Origin: Alcanivorax sp.
Lineage (GTDB): Bacteria > Pseudomonadota > Gammaproteobacteria > Pseudomonadales > Alcanivoracaceae
NCBI GenBank assembly: GCA_042090255.1
Contig: JBELJS010000010.1
Coordinates: 8,491-72,490 of the forward strand
Length of the DNA stretch: 64,000 bases
Direction: 5' to 3'
The notes below the pieces were generated by a model. The model saw nothing but the letters and a program-made list of their open reading frames with translations, did not search any database and was not told the DNA's origin. A program made the position numbers and the translations under genes. Positions 1-10,767 of this stretch are shown in pieces. Every line of letters starts with the position of its first letter. Position 1 is the stretch's first letter.

Positions 1-180
1 GCTATGCAAATCGTTTATGAAATCCGTCGCAAAAGAACAATCGTGACCCAGATCATCGGGAAAATACATAAATAGAACATGCACTTCATTCCCCTTTGAG
101 GCCAAGGATTTGGACAAATCCCGGACGTATATTTCAGCGCCGCCAGCGGCCGGCGAAGAAATCATATGGAGTATTCTCAT
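1..180 (-). CDS. Glycosyltransferase family 4-like, N-terminal fragment (gene runs off the left edge)
   Basis: Reverse complement from 180 reads MRILHMISSPAAGGAEIYVRDLSKSLASKGNEVHVLF. This is the typical GT4 N-terminus (GGAE, GH.V). There is no stop before position 1. Confidence 0.6.
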   Translation of the reverse strand, partial: MRILHMISSPAAGGAEIYVRDLSKSLASKGNEVHVLFMYFPDDLGHDCSFATDFINDLHS

Positions 181-259
181 TAATAGCCCATCCCACCTTG
201 CGATAGGAAATCATTATCAACTAATTATTTACAGTCGAACGTCAACAGAAAAAAAGAAA

Positions 260-1366
260 TCAAGGGAGCGCCAAATCACCTTTTATTTCTGAATACAGCT
301 TTTGCATCAAAAGCTCCTTTGAAATAAAAGGCAGGGAAGCCTCTCGCACCTCTTTAGGCGGCACATGCTTCATTGACTCAGCGAAATCCAATATCTCATC
401 TATTAGTGGAGGACCTTCCCTATAATAGGAAAACCAAGGCGGGAAGCCGTCTTTGTGCCCGGAATATACCGGAAGCCCTTCCAGTAGATACTCTCTTACT
501 TTTAGCGTGCAGGCCTCCTGCATACCTTTACGAAATAGGGCGAATGATGAGAGCCCTATCCAACTACGTTGCATCAGAACTTCCAAGTCACGGCCAAACT
601 TTTTGCCGTGCAATATAATACGTTTGTCGTGAATATGGTCACTGATTAGCTCTGAACTTACCGCACCCACGATGTGAAGCACGAAACGACGATGGCTATT
701 AGAAATATCGGCCAACAGCAGATCTAATCCATGCCACGGCACGAAGTTATTTGCGACGAATAGGATTTCTGGCACAAACCTTTGTTCCCCGAAACCCAAA
801 GTTCGCCTGCTGTCGACGAGAATACCATTGGGGTAAATGTATGTCCTAAGCTGATTCTTGCGCGCGCGATTCTTCTCATAACTGGCAATTTCACCAGTGA
901 CACATACTACACCTTCCACTAATCTCAAATTCCATTTGCCTAACTGTTTCTCCAAAAGAAACTTTAATTTGCCTTTAAAGTTAACGTAACGGGCCAACTC
1001 AGGCACCTCTAATGTATGATGGACAGTATAAACAGGGAGACGAGAAATCAGTAAGAAGAAAAAAAGCATGGGATCCGCGACCCGGTAGCGAAGAAAAACA
1101 ACATCACATTGCTTGCCAATGCTGGCAATTTTTTTGTAGTAATAATACCGAGACATAAATGCAGTTAGAATGCGCCTAGTAAAGGATAAACTTTCTAACT
1201 GAGGAAGAGCATCAACAAAATCGATTGGCTCCACACCAGGATGGGGCATTCTCAGAAGACAGCTCCAAGCCAACCCAACCCGTCTGGCCGCTTGCTGCTC
1301 CGAATACATCTGTTTAAGGATGCCCGGCTCATAAGACTGCATTAAGGCAGCGTGAAGAACTCGCAT
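260..1366 (-). CDS. Glycosyltransferase (GT-B, group 1-like), AT-richer than the surroundings
   Basis: 368-aa ORF with a GT1-like C-terminal half (FVANNFVPWHGLDLLL, VLHIVG, ILHGK). It lies inside the polysaccharide locus. Confidence 0.6.
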   Translation of the reverse strand: MRVLHAALMQSYEPGILKQMYSEQQAARRVGLAWSCLLRMPHPGVEPIDFVDALPQLESLSFTRRILTAFMSRYYYYKKIASIGKQCDVVFLRYRVADPMLFFFLLISRLPVYTVHHTLEVPELARYVNFKGKLKFLLEKQLGKWNLRLVEGVVCVTGEIASYEKNRARKNQLRTYIYPNGILVDSRRTLGFGEQRFVPEILFVANNFVPWHGLDLLLADISNSHRRFVLHIVGAVSSELISDHIHDKRIILHGKKFGRDLEVLMQRSWIGLSSFALFRKGMQEACTLKVREYLLEGLPVYSGHKDGFPPWFSYYREGPPLIDEILDFAESMKHVPPKEVREASLPFISKELLMQKLYSEIKGDLALP

Positions 1367-1490
1367 AAAACTTACCAGTTTTTATACATCTACGTGATAA
1401 TGAACGCTGCGCATGACAACATCGCCACCTGGCCTGCTCTGCTTTACCTATCTAGCAATAAACGGTTGCCTTCAGCGTAAGACGGCCAAA

Positions 1491-2510
1491 TTATACGTTC
1501 TTAATATACCACGGCATCGCTGCCGCCAAGCCCTCAGAAACTGTATGAGAGGGCACATAGCCAAGACCGCTTCTGGCTTTATTGATATCTGCCAGGGAGT
1601 GACGAATATCGCCTGGACGAAAATGACGATACTCAAGTCTGCGTGTCCCCCCTATCGACAAGCTGTCCAGCTCTTCGCGAATAGCCACAAAAAGTTGATT
1701 TAGCGTAGTCCGAGAATTTAGCGCCACATTGTATACTTCACCCTTAGACTTCTCTAACGAGGTAGCAGCTAACAGATTGGCTTGAACCGCATTATCAACA
1801 TAGCAAAAATCACGACTGGTTTCTCCGTCACCGTTAATGCAGACAGGCTCACTTCGAATCATGGAAGCGGCCCATCTTGGAATCACGGCTGCATAGGCTC
1901 CATTGGGGTCCTGCCGGGGCCCGAAGACATTAAAATAACGCAAACCAATGGACCGGAAACCATAGGTCCGATCAAATACGTCGGCGTAAATCTCGTTAAC
2001 GTACTTGGTCACAGCATAAGGTGATAACGGGCTACCGATCTTACCCTCAACTTTAGGCAGGTCGGGATGATCACCGTAGGTGGAGCTCGAGGCCGCATAT
2101 GTAAAACTTTTTACCTGCTCGTCCTTCGCTGCAACCAGCATATTCAAAAAACCATCGATATTTGCTCGGTTTGTACCTATTGGATCTTCGATGGAGCGGG
2201 GTACGGAACCCAAAGCAGCTTGATGAAGGATGTAATCGGTGCCCTTCACTGCCTGGCGACAGTCGTCCAGGTTACAGATGTCCCCGGAGATGAATAGGAA
2301 GCGGCGCCACTGCTCTTCGGTGACGAGAGTCTCTACTTCGTCTAGGTTGTGCTTATGTCCAGTAGAGAGATTATCCAGTCCGACCACCGGCTGCCCTAGC
2401 TTGAGCAAGGTTTCCAGAAGATTGGAACCTATAAAGCCTGCGACACCGGTAATTAGCCACGTTTTCGGGTTATCTTTAAGCTGTTCTTTAACTTTTTCGT
2501 ATTGAGTCAT
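1491..2510 (-). CDS. wbpP: UDP-GlcNAc/UDP-GlcNAcA C4-epimerase, WbpP/TviC family (extended SDR)
   Basis: [12 protein letters not shown] motif and [11 protein letters not shown] (YxxxK). Full-length resemblance to WbpP/TviC. It is paired in the same operon with a WbpO/TviB-like dehydrogenase. Confidence 0.8.
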   Translation of the reverse strand: MTQYEKVKEQLKDNPKTWLITGVAGFIGSNLLETLLKLGQPVVGLDNLSTGHKHNLDEVETLVTEEQWRRFLFISGDICNLDDCRQAVKGTDYILHQAALGSVPRSIEDPIGTNRANIDGFLNMLVAAKDEQVKSFTYAASSSTYGDHPDLPKVEGKIGSPLSPYAVTKYVNEIYADVFDRTYGFRSIGLRYFNVFGPRQDPNGAYAAVIPRWAASMIRSEPVCINGDGETSRDFCYVDNAVQANLLAATSLEKSKGEVYNVALNSRTTLNQLFVAIREELDSLSIGGTRRLEYRHFRPGDIRHSLADINKARSGLGYVPSHTVSEGLAAAMPWYIKNV

Positions 2511-2524
2511 TCGGTGAATAGCTC

Positions 2525-3709
2525 CTAATGAAGCAAACGCCGGGCTAATAACGCATAGTCCAGCATTTTCCTGGCCATTTTTTCGGATTCTTTCGCCATC
2601 GCCCTTAAATCAACGATTCCCGAACTGATTTTCCCGAGTATAGAATCGATATCTTGCTCACCGCTAACCACCCAACCGTTGTCTTTTGTATAGATGTTAT
2701 GCCCCTCGAGATCCTCAAGGACTGGCACACAACGGCAGCACAGGCTGGTCTGCATGGTAGCGGACTGACTGCCCGGCTGCAGGTAGACGTCCGCACCACA
2801 GAGCAATGCCCGCAGTTCGGCGGGGGTCCGCCAGCCCCAGAACTCAATCCGGTCGTCAGAGTCGATCAGCGCCTGGGCCTGCTCACGGATGTCGTCGAGC
2901 AGGGAGCCAACGAGTACCAGCCGGAAGCGCGGATCAGGGTTGCCGATGAACGCTTTCAGAGTATCTAGAAGTCTTTTGGAAGCGGACTGTTTACCCGATT
3001 GCACGAACAGCACCTGGTCATTGGTCAAGCCCAGTTCCTGGCGTGTGCCTTCTCTAAGGGCGTTGTATTCGTCATCCTCGACCGGGTGACCGCCCAACGG
3101 GTAAAACTCCAGCTTCTCCTCCGGAACACCGTAAAACGTCCTCGCGAACTTTCCAGTCAGCGCCGAGATATAGAGAATTTTGTCGATCCAAGGAAGACAC
3201 AAGTGCACGATGGGTCGGTAATAAAGATAGTGCAGGCCCCACTTGGAGACAGGACCACGGGCGCTGTTGATAAAGTCCGTGTGGGTATCCACGTAAAACT
3301 TCACCTCCGGATGGGCCTTCTTATAGCGGCTGACGGTCACCAGCTCCCAGCCGCACATGCCGTGGAACAGGATCGAGTCCGGCTCGAAGTCTTCCAGGAA
3401 CTGATAGACGCCTCTATGTGGCCTTAGGCTTTTCGCCACGGTATGGGGTACCCATGGATGATAGGGCAAACGAATCACTTCGATGCCCCGCTTACAGCGA
3501 TAATGGCCCGGTTTTACGAACTCACGACGCCGGTCCGTGGTGAAGATCTGCGTCGACGCGATGACCAGCACCTCATGCCCCTGCCGCACGTGCTCTTCCA
3601 CCAGTTCGTTTTCCTGATAGGCCCGGTCATCCATGTAGTAGTTGGACAGGCAAATGTGGGCTATTCTCATAATCGGTTGACCACTATCAGAGTTTGCTGC
3701 GTCACCCAT
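2525..3709 (-). CDS. Glycosyltransferase family 4
   Basis: 394-aa ORF. The start overlaps the wbpO stop by 1 nt (TAATG), which suggests translational coupling. An alternative start is MRIAHICLS at 3670. Confidence 0.7.
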   Translation of the reverse strand: MGDAANSDSGQPIMRIAHICLSNYYMDDRAYQENELVEEHVRQGHEVLVIASTQIFTTDRRREFVKPGHYRCKRGIEVIRLPYHPWVPHTVAKSLRPHRGVYQFLEDFEPDSILFHGMCGWELVTVSRYKKAHPEVKFYVDTHTDFINSARGPVSKWGLHYLYYRPIVHLCLPWIDKILYISALTGKFARTFYGVPEEKLEFYPLGGHPVEDDEYNALREGTRQELGLTNDQVLFVQSGKQSASKRLLDTLKAFIGNPDPRFRLVLVGSLLDDIREQAQALIDSDDRIEFWGWRTPAELRALLCGADVYLQPGSQSATMQTSLCCRCVPVLEDLEGHNIYTKDNGWVVSGEQDIDSILGKISSGIVDLRAMAKESEKMARKMLDYALLARRLLH

Positions 3710-4992
3710 TAAAGCCGTAGATCGACGGCTTCTTTGGGCAGCACGTATTTCAGGTCGTAGAGGACGTGCGGGTCGCGGCCCAGTTGGCGGAATTCGCTGG
3801 CGGGCATCGCCTTGAACTCGTCGTGGGCCACGGCCAGGACGACACCGTCATAGCTGGCCACCTGCGGCTTCTCGATGGGCTGGATGCCGTATTCCCGGTA
3901 GGCCTCATCCGGGTTGATCCAGGGGTCGTAGACGTCGACGGTGACGTTGTAGTCCTGGAGCTCGCGGATCACGTCGATCACCCGAGTGTTGCGCAGGTCC
4001 GGGCAGTTTTCCTTGAAGGTCAAGCCCATCACCAGTACCCGGGCGCCGTTGACTTGGATGCATCGGTCCAACATGGCCTTAACCAACTCGCTGGCCACGA
4101 AACGGCCCATGCCGTCGTTGATGCGCCGCCCGGAGAGGATCACTTCCGGGTGGTAACCCACCGCCTGGGCTTTGTGGGTCAGGTAGTAAGGGTCCACGCC
4201 GATGCAGTGGCCACCCACCAGGCCAGGGCGGAACGGCAGGAAGTTCCACTTGGTACCGGCGGCTTCCAGTACCTCCTGGGTGTCGATGTTCATGCGCTTG
4301 AAGATCATCGCCAGTTCGTTGACCAGGGCGATATTCAGGTCTCGCTGGGTGTTCTCGATCACCTTGGCGGCTTCCGCCACCTTGATGCTGGAGGCCCGGT
4401 GGGTGCCGGCGGTAATCACCGAGGCATAGAGCCGGTCCACGGTATCCGCCACTTCCGGAGTGGAGGCGGCCGTGACCTTCATGATGTCGGTGACGCGGTG
4501 GAGCTTATCGCCCGGGTTGATGCGCTCCGGGCTGTAGCCGGCATAAAAGTCCTGGTTAAAGGTGAGACCGGAGACCCGCTCCAGCACCGGTACGCAGTGC
4601 TCCTCGGTGGCACCGGGGAATACCGTGGACTCGTAAATCACGATGTTGCCGGGCTTGAGGGTCTTGCCGATGGTCTCGGACGCCTTGATCAGCGGCGTCA
4701 GGTCCGGCTGGCGGTGCTCATCGATGGGGGTGGGCACCGTGACGATATAGACGTTACAGCCTTCCAGTGCCGCCGGATCGTCGCTGAACGCCAGACCCTC
4801 CGAGGCGGCCAGCTCCGCGTCGCTGAGCTCCCGGGTGAAATCGTGCCCTTCGCGCAGGTCGCGGATGCGGTCGCGGTTCACGTCGAAGCCCACCACCGGG
4901 CGGTGCTTGCCGAACTCCGCGGCCAGGGGCAGGCCCACATAGCCGAGGCCGATCACGGCCAGTTTGATGTCTTCCAGGGAGGGGTGGGTCAT
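3709..4992 (-). CDS. wbpO: UDP-N-acetyl-D-glucosamine 6-dehydrogenase, WbpO/TviB family
   Basis: N-terminal [17 protein letters not shown] Rossmann motif. 427 aa with the nucleotide-sugar dehydrogenase layout. It neighbours the WbpP-like epimerase. Confidence 0.85.
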   Translation of the reverse strand: MTHPSLEDIKLAVIGLGYVGLPLAAEFGKHRPVVGFDVNRDRIRDLREGHDFTRELSDAELAASEGLAFSDDPAALEGCNVYIVTVPTPIDEHRQPDLTPLIKASETIGKTLKPGNIVIYESTVFPGATEEHCVPVLERVSGLTFNQDFYAGYSPERINPGDKLHRVTDIMKVTAASTPEVADTVDRLYASVITAGTHRASSIKVAEAAKVIENTQRDLNIALVNELAMIFKRMNIDTQEVLEAAGTKWNFLPFRPGLVGGHCIGVDPYYLTHKAQAVGYHPEVILSGRRINDGMGRFVASELVKAMLDRCIQVNGARVLVMGLTFKENCPDLRNTRVIDVIRELQDYNVTVDVYDPWINPDEAYREYGIQPIEKPQVASYDGVVLAVAHDEFKAMPASEFRQLGRDPHVLYDLKYVLPKEAVDLRL

Positions 4993-5048
4993 TCTCTTTT
5001 ACCTTGTCTGATCCGGCCTGCGGTTGGGTTAGATTGTACTGATGTAGG

Positions 5049-5060
5049 CACGCTACCGCC
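5049..5060 (-). promoter_or_regulatory. ops (operon polarity suppressor) element, RfaH recruitment site
   Basis: Reverse complement of 5049-5060 is GGCGGTAGCGTG, identical to the enterobacterial ops/JUMPstart core. It lies about 55 nt upstream of the wbpO start. Confidence 0.8.
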
Positions 5061-5120
5061 GCAGGGATTGCCGTCGGTTCCCTGAGGACGGATGCGTTGC
5101 CGGTTTGTCTCTGAGTGGCA

Positions 5121-5182
5121 GGTCTCTGGGATCCTGCCGGCCGGCTTTGCCGGCCTTTCGCGGGCTGGGCCCGCTCCTACAA
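5121..5182. repeat. REP type 1, single arm
   Basis: ggtctctgggatcctgcc + ggccggctttgccggcc hairpin + tttcgcgggctgggcccgctcctacaa. The rfaH stop codon (5177-5179) lies inside it. Confidence 0.9.
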
Positions 5183-5674
5183 CATACTTATGTCTTTCAG
5201 GGCCAGGGTGAGGCGGTGCTGCTTGTGGAGCATGTTGAGCAGCACGATGGCGCGCTCCTGGCCGTCGAAGCGGTGAAATACCGCTTCCATGTCCGCAAAG
5301 GGACCGTGTTCGATGCGCAGGCGGTCGCCCGGACGCAGCGCGGAGCGGTCGTCATTGGCGCTGGTCTGGGTTTGCAGCTTGAGGGCATCGATCACGGAGG
5401 GCGGCACCGCCGCCGGGCGGTCGCCGAAGGCCACTAGTTTGGTCACGCCCCGGGTGGAGCGGATGGTGTGCCAGCCACTGCCCTGCTCGGACAGTTGGAT
5501 AAAGAGGTAGCCGGGGAACAGGGGTTCCTGCCGCTGCACGCGCCGGCCGGCGCGTACCTTTTCAATGCAGAGCTGGGGCTGAAAGCAGGTAAAGCCCTGA
5601 TTTTCCAGGTTCTCCTGGGCCCTGTAGTTCTGGTTGGCGCGGCACTGAACCACGTACCAGCCTGAATCGCTCAT
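5177..5674 (-). CDS. rfaH: Transcription antiterminator RfaH (NusG paralog)
   Basis: 165 aa. GWYVVQCRANQNYRAQENLENQG and EPLFPGYLF align by eye with E. coli RfaH along the whole length. Confidence 0.9.
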   Translation of the reverse strand: MSDSGWYVVQCRANQNYRAQENLENQGFTCFQPQLCIEKVRAGRRVQRQEPLFPGYLFIQLSEQGSGWHTIRSTRGVTKLVAFGDRPAAVPPSVIDALKLQTQTSANDDRSALRPGDRLRIEHGPFADMEAVFHRFDGQERAIVLLNMLHKQHRLTLALKDISML

Positions 5675-5962
5675 GCCGTTTTCCTTTTCGGGGCTCTGCC
5701 CTTACCCGGCCCTTTTGAGGCCGAGTGTCCGTGTTGATGTAGCTTCGCGCGGGGAGGTGACGTTCGCGTGACGGAGCCTACGTTAGCCGGGTGCGGTCAA
5801 CCCGACCGTAGTGCTCAGGTTGGCTTTTGTTGCACCTTCTTACATTTACACACAGTAATCTGATGCCATTGCACACCCTCACTATGATCAATATCACAGT
5901 AAGGGTCGAAAGACAGCCTATGCATCGACTAGGCCTTCCTCCCGAAAACGGAACCTGTAGAT

Positions 5963-6925
<963 letters not shown>

Positions 6926-6961
6926 TCAGTACTTTTTCAGGCCTGCATGCAGACATCACTG

Positions 6962-9175
6962 TTAATTTTTTTCGCTATCGTAATGATAGGCGTAGTAGCC
7001 GTATTCGTTACTAGCACGGCGCTCAATAGCGTTTAGAATCGCCCCTTTAATTTCCACACGATTTTGTTCGAAGCGGTGCACGCTGACATCCACTTCCTTA
7101 GCAGAGTTCACGCCGTAACGGGCGACGATCAGGCTGGTGCCGGCCTGCTGGCCGATGATAGCGGCGTCGGTGACGGCGAGGATCGGCGGGGTGTCCACCA
7201 GTACCAGGTCGTACTCGGCGGAGAGCCTCTCCATCAGCTCCTTGAAGCGGGAGTGCATGAGCAGCTCCGCCGGGTTGGGCGGGATCTGGCCGCGCGGGAT
7301 AAAGTGTAGGTTTTCCACCTTGGTCTCATGGATGGCCTGCTGGTACTCCGCCTGGCCGGAGAGCACGTCGGAGAGACCCATGTCGTTCTGGTTTTCGAAG
7401 TAGCGGTGCAGGTGGCCCTTGCGCATGTCCGCGTCGATCACCACGACCTTCTGGCCGACCTGGGCGAGCACCGCCGCCAGGTTGGCGGAGATAAAGGACT
7501 TGCCGACCTCCGGGCTGGGGCCGGAGATCATCATCACCTTGTTGGAGGCTTCCATCATGGCGAAGTGGAGGCTGGTGCGCAGGCTGCGCAGGGCCTCGAT
7601 GGCCAGATCCGCCGGGTCGTTGATGGCGAGCAGCGGGATCGGCTCGTGCTTGGAGCGCTTGCGGCGGCGCATCATGGCCACCAAGCGGTCGAGCTTCTGC
7701 TGATGTTCGGACAGAGGGACGGCAGCGTAGACCGGGATGCCCTGCTCTTCCAGTTGGTCCGGGGTTTCAATACCGCGATGCAGCAGGCCCGCACCTAGCA
7801 CATAGCCGGCTGATAGCATCAGGCCGAGCACGCCGGCCAATGCTATCACCAAGTCTTTCTTGGGCTTTACCGGGGCGGGAGCAACCACAGCATCGTCAAT
7901 AATCCGCACGTTGCCCACCGTGCTGGCCTTCATGATGCGAAGTTCTTGAGCACGGTTCATCAACCCTACATAAATTTCTTGGTTCAGCTCGACGTCACGC
8001 ATCAGGCGCAGGATTTTTTGCTGGGTCTCCGGCAAGTTACCAATCTGCTTGTTCAACTGCGCTTTTTCTTGCTCCAGGGAGCGGCGTTGCTCCAGCAGCG
8101 TGCGGTAGGCAGGATGCTCCTTGGTAAACTTGGAAGCCACTTCACTTTCTTTAATTTTCAGTTCGTTGAGCTTCGCTTCCATGGACACCAGTCTGCCAAG
8201 TAGCGACTGGGTTTCTAGTTCCATGTCCACTGAGTCTCGTTGCAAGCGGTACTCGTTGAGTTTTTCTTCCGCGGCAGTCAACTTGGCTTTGAGTTCCGGC
8301 AACTGTTCGTCCAGAAACGCCAAGCTTTTCTCGGCTTCGGCGGCCTGCCGGTTAATGTTCTGCAGCAGATAGTTGTCCGCTACCGCGTCCAATTCCTTCT
8401 GAATACGTTCCGGACTAGAGCCGGCCAGCGTTACATTAAGGATACCTGTGTCTGCACCCTTCTGCTGTGCCTCAAGCCGACTGCGCAAATTGTTCACCGC
8501 AGCCAGTCGGGATTGACGAATCAGGGTCAACGGCTCGCCGCCGTACTGCCATTCGCCAAGTTCCAGGGCAGTACTATTGTCTGCGCTGGCGAGCACCTGA
8601 TCGGCGGGACCGCCGAGGACTTTCTGCTCGTTGTAATACAAAATAGGATGGCCCCGGTCGTCAGCGGCGAGGGTAAATTCAGCCCCACGAAGATTATCTG
8701 GAACGGTGAAACGCTTAACAGTCACCAGGGTTTTGCTGTCGCGATAGCCGGCGAATAAAGGGCGGGGCGAACCCGGGGAGGCGGGTCCCGGTGCGCCTAG
8801 GGCACCCAGTACCGGGATGCGGTCCGGCGCAACCAGGATATCGGTTTGCAGTTGTTCCACTACATTACCCAGCACCATCCGTGACGTCAGAATGGCGATT
8901 TCCGCCGCCGTTGAGGACTCCTGGCCGAGCGCTTCGTTTAGCTCTTCGAAACCCGGCAACCCACTCTGCTTCTTTTCCACCTGCAGCAGGGCGTCCGCTT
9001 TATAGATCGGCGTTGCCAGGAACGCGTAGGCGGCGCCCAGCAACAGGGCCAGAACCGTTGTACCCAGGATCAACCAGCGGGCATCGACCAGCAGCCCCCA
9101 CAGCCGGTGCAGGTCGATATCCTCATCCATGGAGACGGCGCTTCTTCCTCGGGCGGTGTCTGGGCGGTTACTCAT
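6962..9175 (-). CDS. wzc: Polysaccharide co-polymerase / tyrosine autokinase Wzc (PCP-2a)
   Basis: 737 aa. N-terminal TM segment, long coiled-coil periplasmic region, Walker A GPSPEVGKSF, and a C-terminal Tyr cluster NEYGYYAYHYD. Confidence 0.9.
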   Translation of the reverse strand: MSNRPDTARGRSAVSMDEDIDLHRLWGLLVDARWLILGTTVLALLLGAAYAFLATPIYKADALLQVEKKQSGLPGFEELNEALGQESSTAAEIAILTSRMVLGNVVEQLQTDILVAPDRIPVLGALGAPGPASPGSPRPLFAGYRDSKTLVTVKRFTVPDNLRGAEFTLAADDRGHPILYYNEQKVLGGPADQVLASADNSTALELGEWQYGGEPLTLIRQSRLAAVNNLRSRLEAQQKGADTGILNVTLAGSSPERIQKELDAVADNYLLQNINRQAAEAEKSLAFLDEQLPELKAKLTAAEEKLNEYRLQRDSVDMELETQSLLGRLVSMEAKLNELKIKESEVASKFTKEHPAYRTLLEQRRSLEQEKAQLNKQIGNLPETQQKILRLMRDVELNQEIYVGLMNRAQELRIMKASTVGNVRIIDDAVVAPAPVKPKKDLVIALAGVLGLMLSAGYVLGAGLLHRGIETPDQLEEQGIPVYAAVPLSEHQQKLDRLVAMMRRRKRSKHEPIPLLAINDPADLAIEALRSLRTSLHFAMMEASNKVMMISGPSPEVGKSFISANLAAVLAQVGQKVVVIDADMRKGHLHRYFENQNDMGLSDVLSGQAEYQQAIHETKVENLHFIPRGQIPPNPAELLMHSRFKELMERLSAEYDLVLVDTPPILAVTDAAIIGQQAGTSLIVARYGVNSAKEVDVSVHRFEQNRVEIKGAILNAIERRASNEYGYYAYHYDSEKN

Positions 9176-9196
9176 CAGATTCTGTCGTTCCTGTAT

Positions 9197-9625
9197 TCAT
9201 AATTTTTTCAACCAAGCGTCCGTGGCCTGACGCATTAGCGGATAGATTCTTTCGAACACTTCCCGGCCCCGGCGGTAGGGGTCGGGGATATCCTGGCTGC
9301 CGTTCCAATGGCTAAGCAAAAAAGTCTTGCCGCTGGCTTCCGGGAACTGCTGGATGATGCGATCGCGCTGGCGACCTTCCATGACCAGTATCAGGTCCGC
9401 GTCCTGGCACAACGCCCGGTCCAGCTTGCGGGCCTGGTGCGGGCCGCATTCCAACCCCTGGGCGGCGGCCACCTCCCGGGCAGTGGGCTCCATGTCGTGG
9501 CCTTCCAGACCGACCAGGCCGGCGGAACTGATCTGTTTCTCGGGCCTGGCGGCGGCAAGCATGGCCGCCACCGTGGGGCTGCGGCAAATGTTGCCATCAC
9601 AGACCACCAGGATACGCTCGAACAT
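9197..9625 (-). CDS. wzb: Low-molecular-weight protein-tyrosine phosphatase Wzb
   Basis: VVCDGNICRSP (CX5R P-loop), 142 aa, located between wza and wzc. Confidence 0.9.
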   Translation of the reverse strand: MFERILVVCDGNICRSPTVAAMLAAARPEKQISSAGLVGLEGHDMEPTAREVAAAQGLECGPHQARKLDRALCQDADLILVMEGRQRDRIIQQFPEASGKTFLLSHWNGSQDIPDPYRRGREVFERIYPLMRQATDAWLKKL

Positions 9626-10750
9626 CTAGTCGCTTCCCAGTTGATCTTCAGTGCGACCGCCCAAATATAGAGCGGTCACGCTGGGCACCAGCAGGCTCAG
9701 CACCCGGTTCCAACGGGCCAGCGGCGCGGCGGTAACGTAGACGATATCGCGGGGCTGGAGCTGGAAACTGTCCGCCAGCACCAGGGCGGCGGCGTCCTTG
9801 GCGTTAAGCTGATAGACGTCGATGCCGTGTTCCTGACCAGGGGCCGCCTTGCGGAATACGAAGATGCCGGAGGCGTCCGCTTCCCGTTCGTCCAGACCGC
9901 CGGTGTCGGAAAGCGCTTCCGCCAGACTCATGCCGTTGCGGCCCATGGGCATGCTCTTGGGCCGCACCACCTCACCGAGCACGAACACCTTGTTGTCGTC
10001 GCTGCGGGATACATTGACCACGTCACCAGGGCGCAGCAGCACGTTCTGGGCGGCGTTACCGTTTTCGTAGATGCCGCGCAGGGACAGGCGATATTCCTTG
10101 CCGTCCCGAGAGAGGATCACCTGTGACCAATTGGCGTTCTCGCCGACGCCGCCGGCGGCGCTGACCGCGTCCACCAGGCGCATGGGTACATTGGTGATCG
10201 GGTAGGTGCCGGGCTGGTTCACCGCGCCGGTCACATAGATTTTCTTGCTGCGGAAGCCGGCTACCACCACATCCACCTGAGGTGTTTCGATGTACTCATC
10301 CAGGCGTTTGGTGATCATCTCGCGGATCTCAGTGACCTTCATCCCCTCCACATGGACTTTGCCCACGTAGGGGTAAAATATACTGCCGTCGCTGTGTACC
10401 AGGTTGCCGGACTCCTGCGCACTGCGTTCAGAGCCGGCCGGGATAGTCAGTTCAGGGTGATCCCAGACAGTAATCTGCAGTACATCACCGACGCCCACTT
10501 CATAGTCGTATGTGTCCGAGGAATCGGCAAGCGCACCCGGTAAGTCCGGTGCCGGGGCGCTGTTCTGGTCGAGGATGGCGGTGGTGATGGTGTGGGTTTT
10601 GATCACATCCGGCAGGGAGGCGGCGTCGGGCTGTTCGTCTTCGGCGAACCAGCCGGGATTGGAATCGCGATCCGAGCCGGGCACGATGGTGCAGCCAGCG
10701 ACGGCCAGCAGCAGCCCGAATATAGCCAGTGTCTTCATTATTGCTGTCAT
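9626..10750 (-). CDS. wza: Outer-membrane polysaccharide export lipoprotein Wza
   Basis: Lipobox LLAVAGC, 374 aa, Wza/OPX-like layout. It abuts wzb with no gap. Confidence 0.9.
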   Translation of the reverse strand: MTAIMKTLAIFGLLLAVAGCTIVPGSDRDSNPGWFAEDEQPDAASLPDVIKTHTITTAILDQNSAPAPDLPGALADSSDTYDYEVGVGDVLQITVWDHPELTIPAGSERSAQESGNLVHSDGSIFYPYVGKVHVEGMKVTEIREMITKRLDEYIETPQVDVVVAGFRSKKIYVTGAVNQPGTYPITNVPMRLVDAVSAAGGVGENANWSQVILSRDGKEYRLSLRGIYENGNAAQNVLLRPGDVVNVSRSDDNKVFVLGEVVRPKSMPMGRNGMSLAEALSDTGGLDEREADASGIFVFRKAAPGQEHGIDVYQLNAKDAAALVLADSFQLQPRDIVYVTAAPLARWNRVLSLLVPSVTALYLGGRTEDQLGSD

Positions 10751-10767
10751 AACCGTTTGGGAATCCT

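Noticed and set aside
5675-5962. Possible small genes (62-63 aa ORFs on both strands), a second ops site or a degenerate type 2 REP upstream of rfaH.
   Set aside because: The ORFs have odd composition and no RBS. No GGCGGTAG is present. The REP-like stretch (ctacggtcgggttgaccgcacccggctaacgtag) is too degenerate to call.
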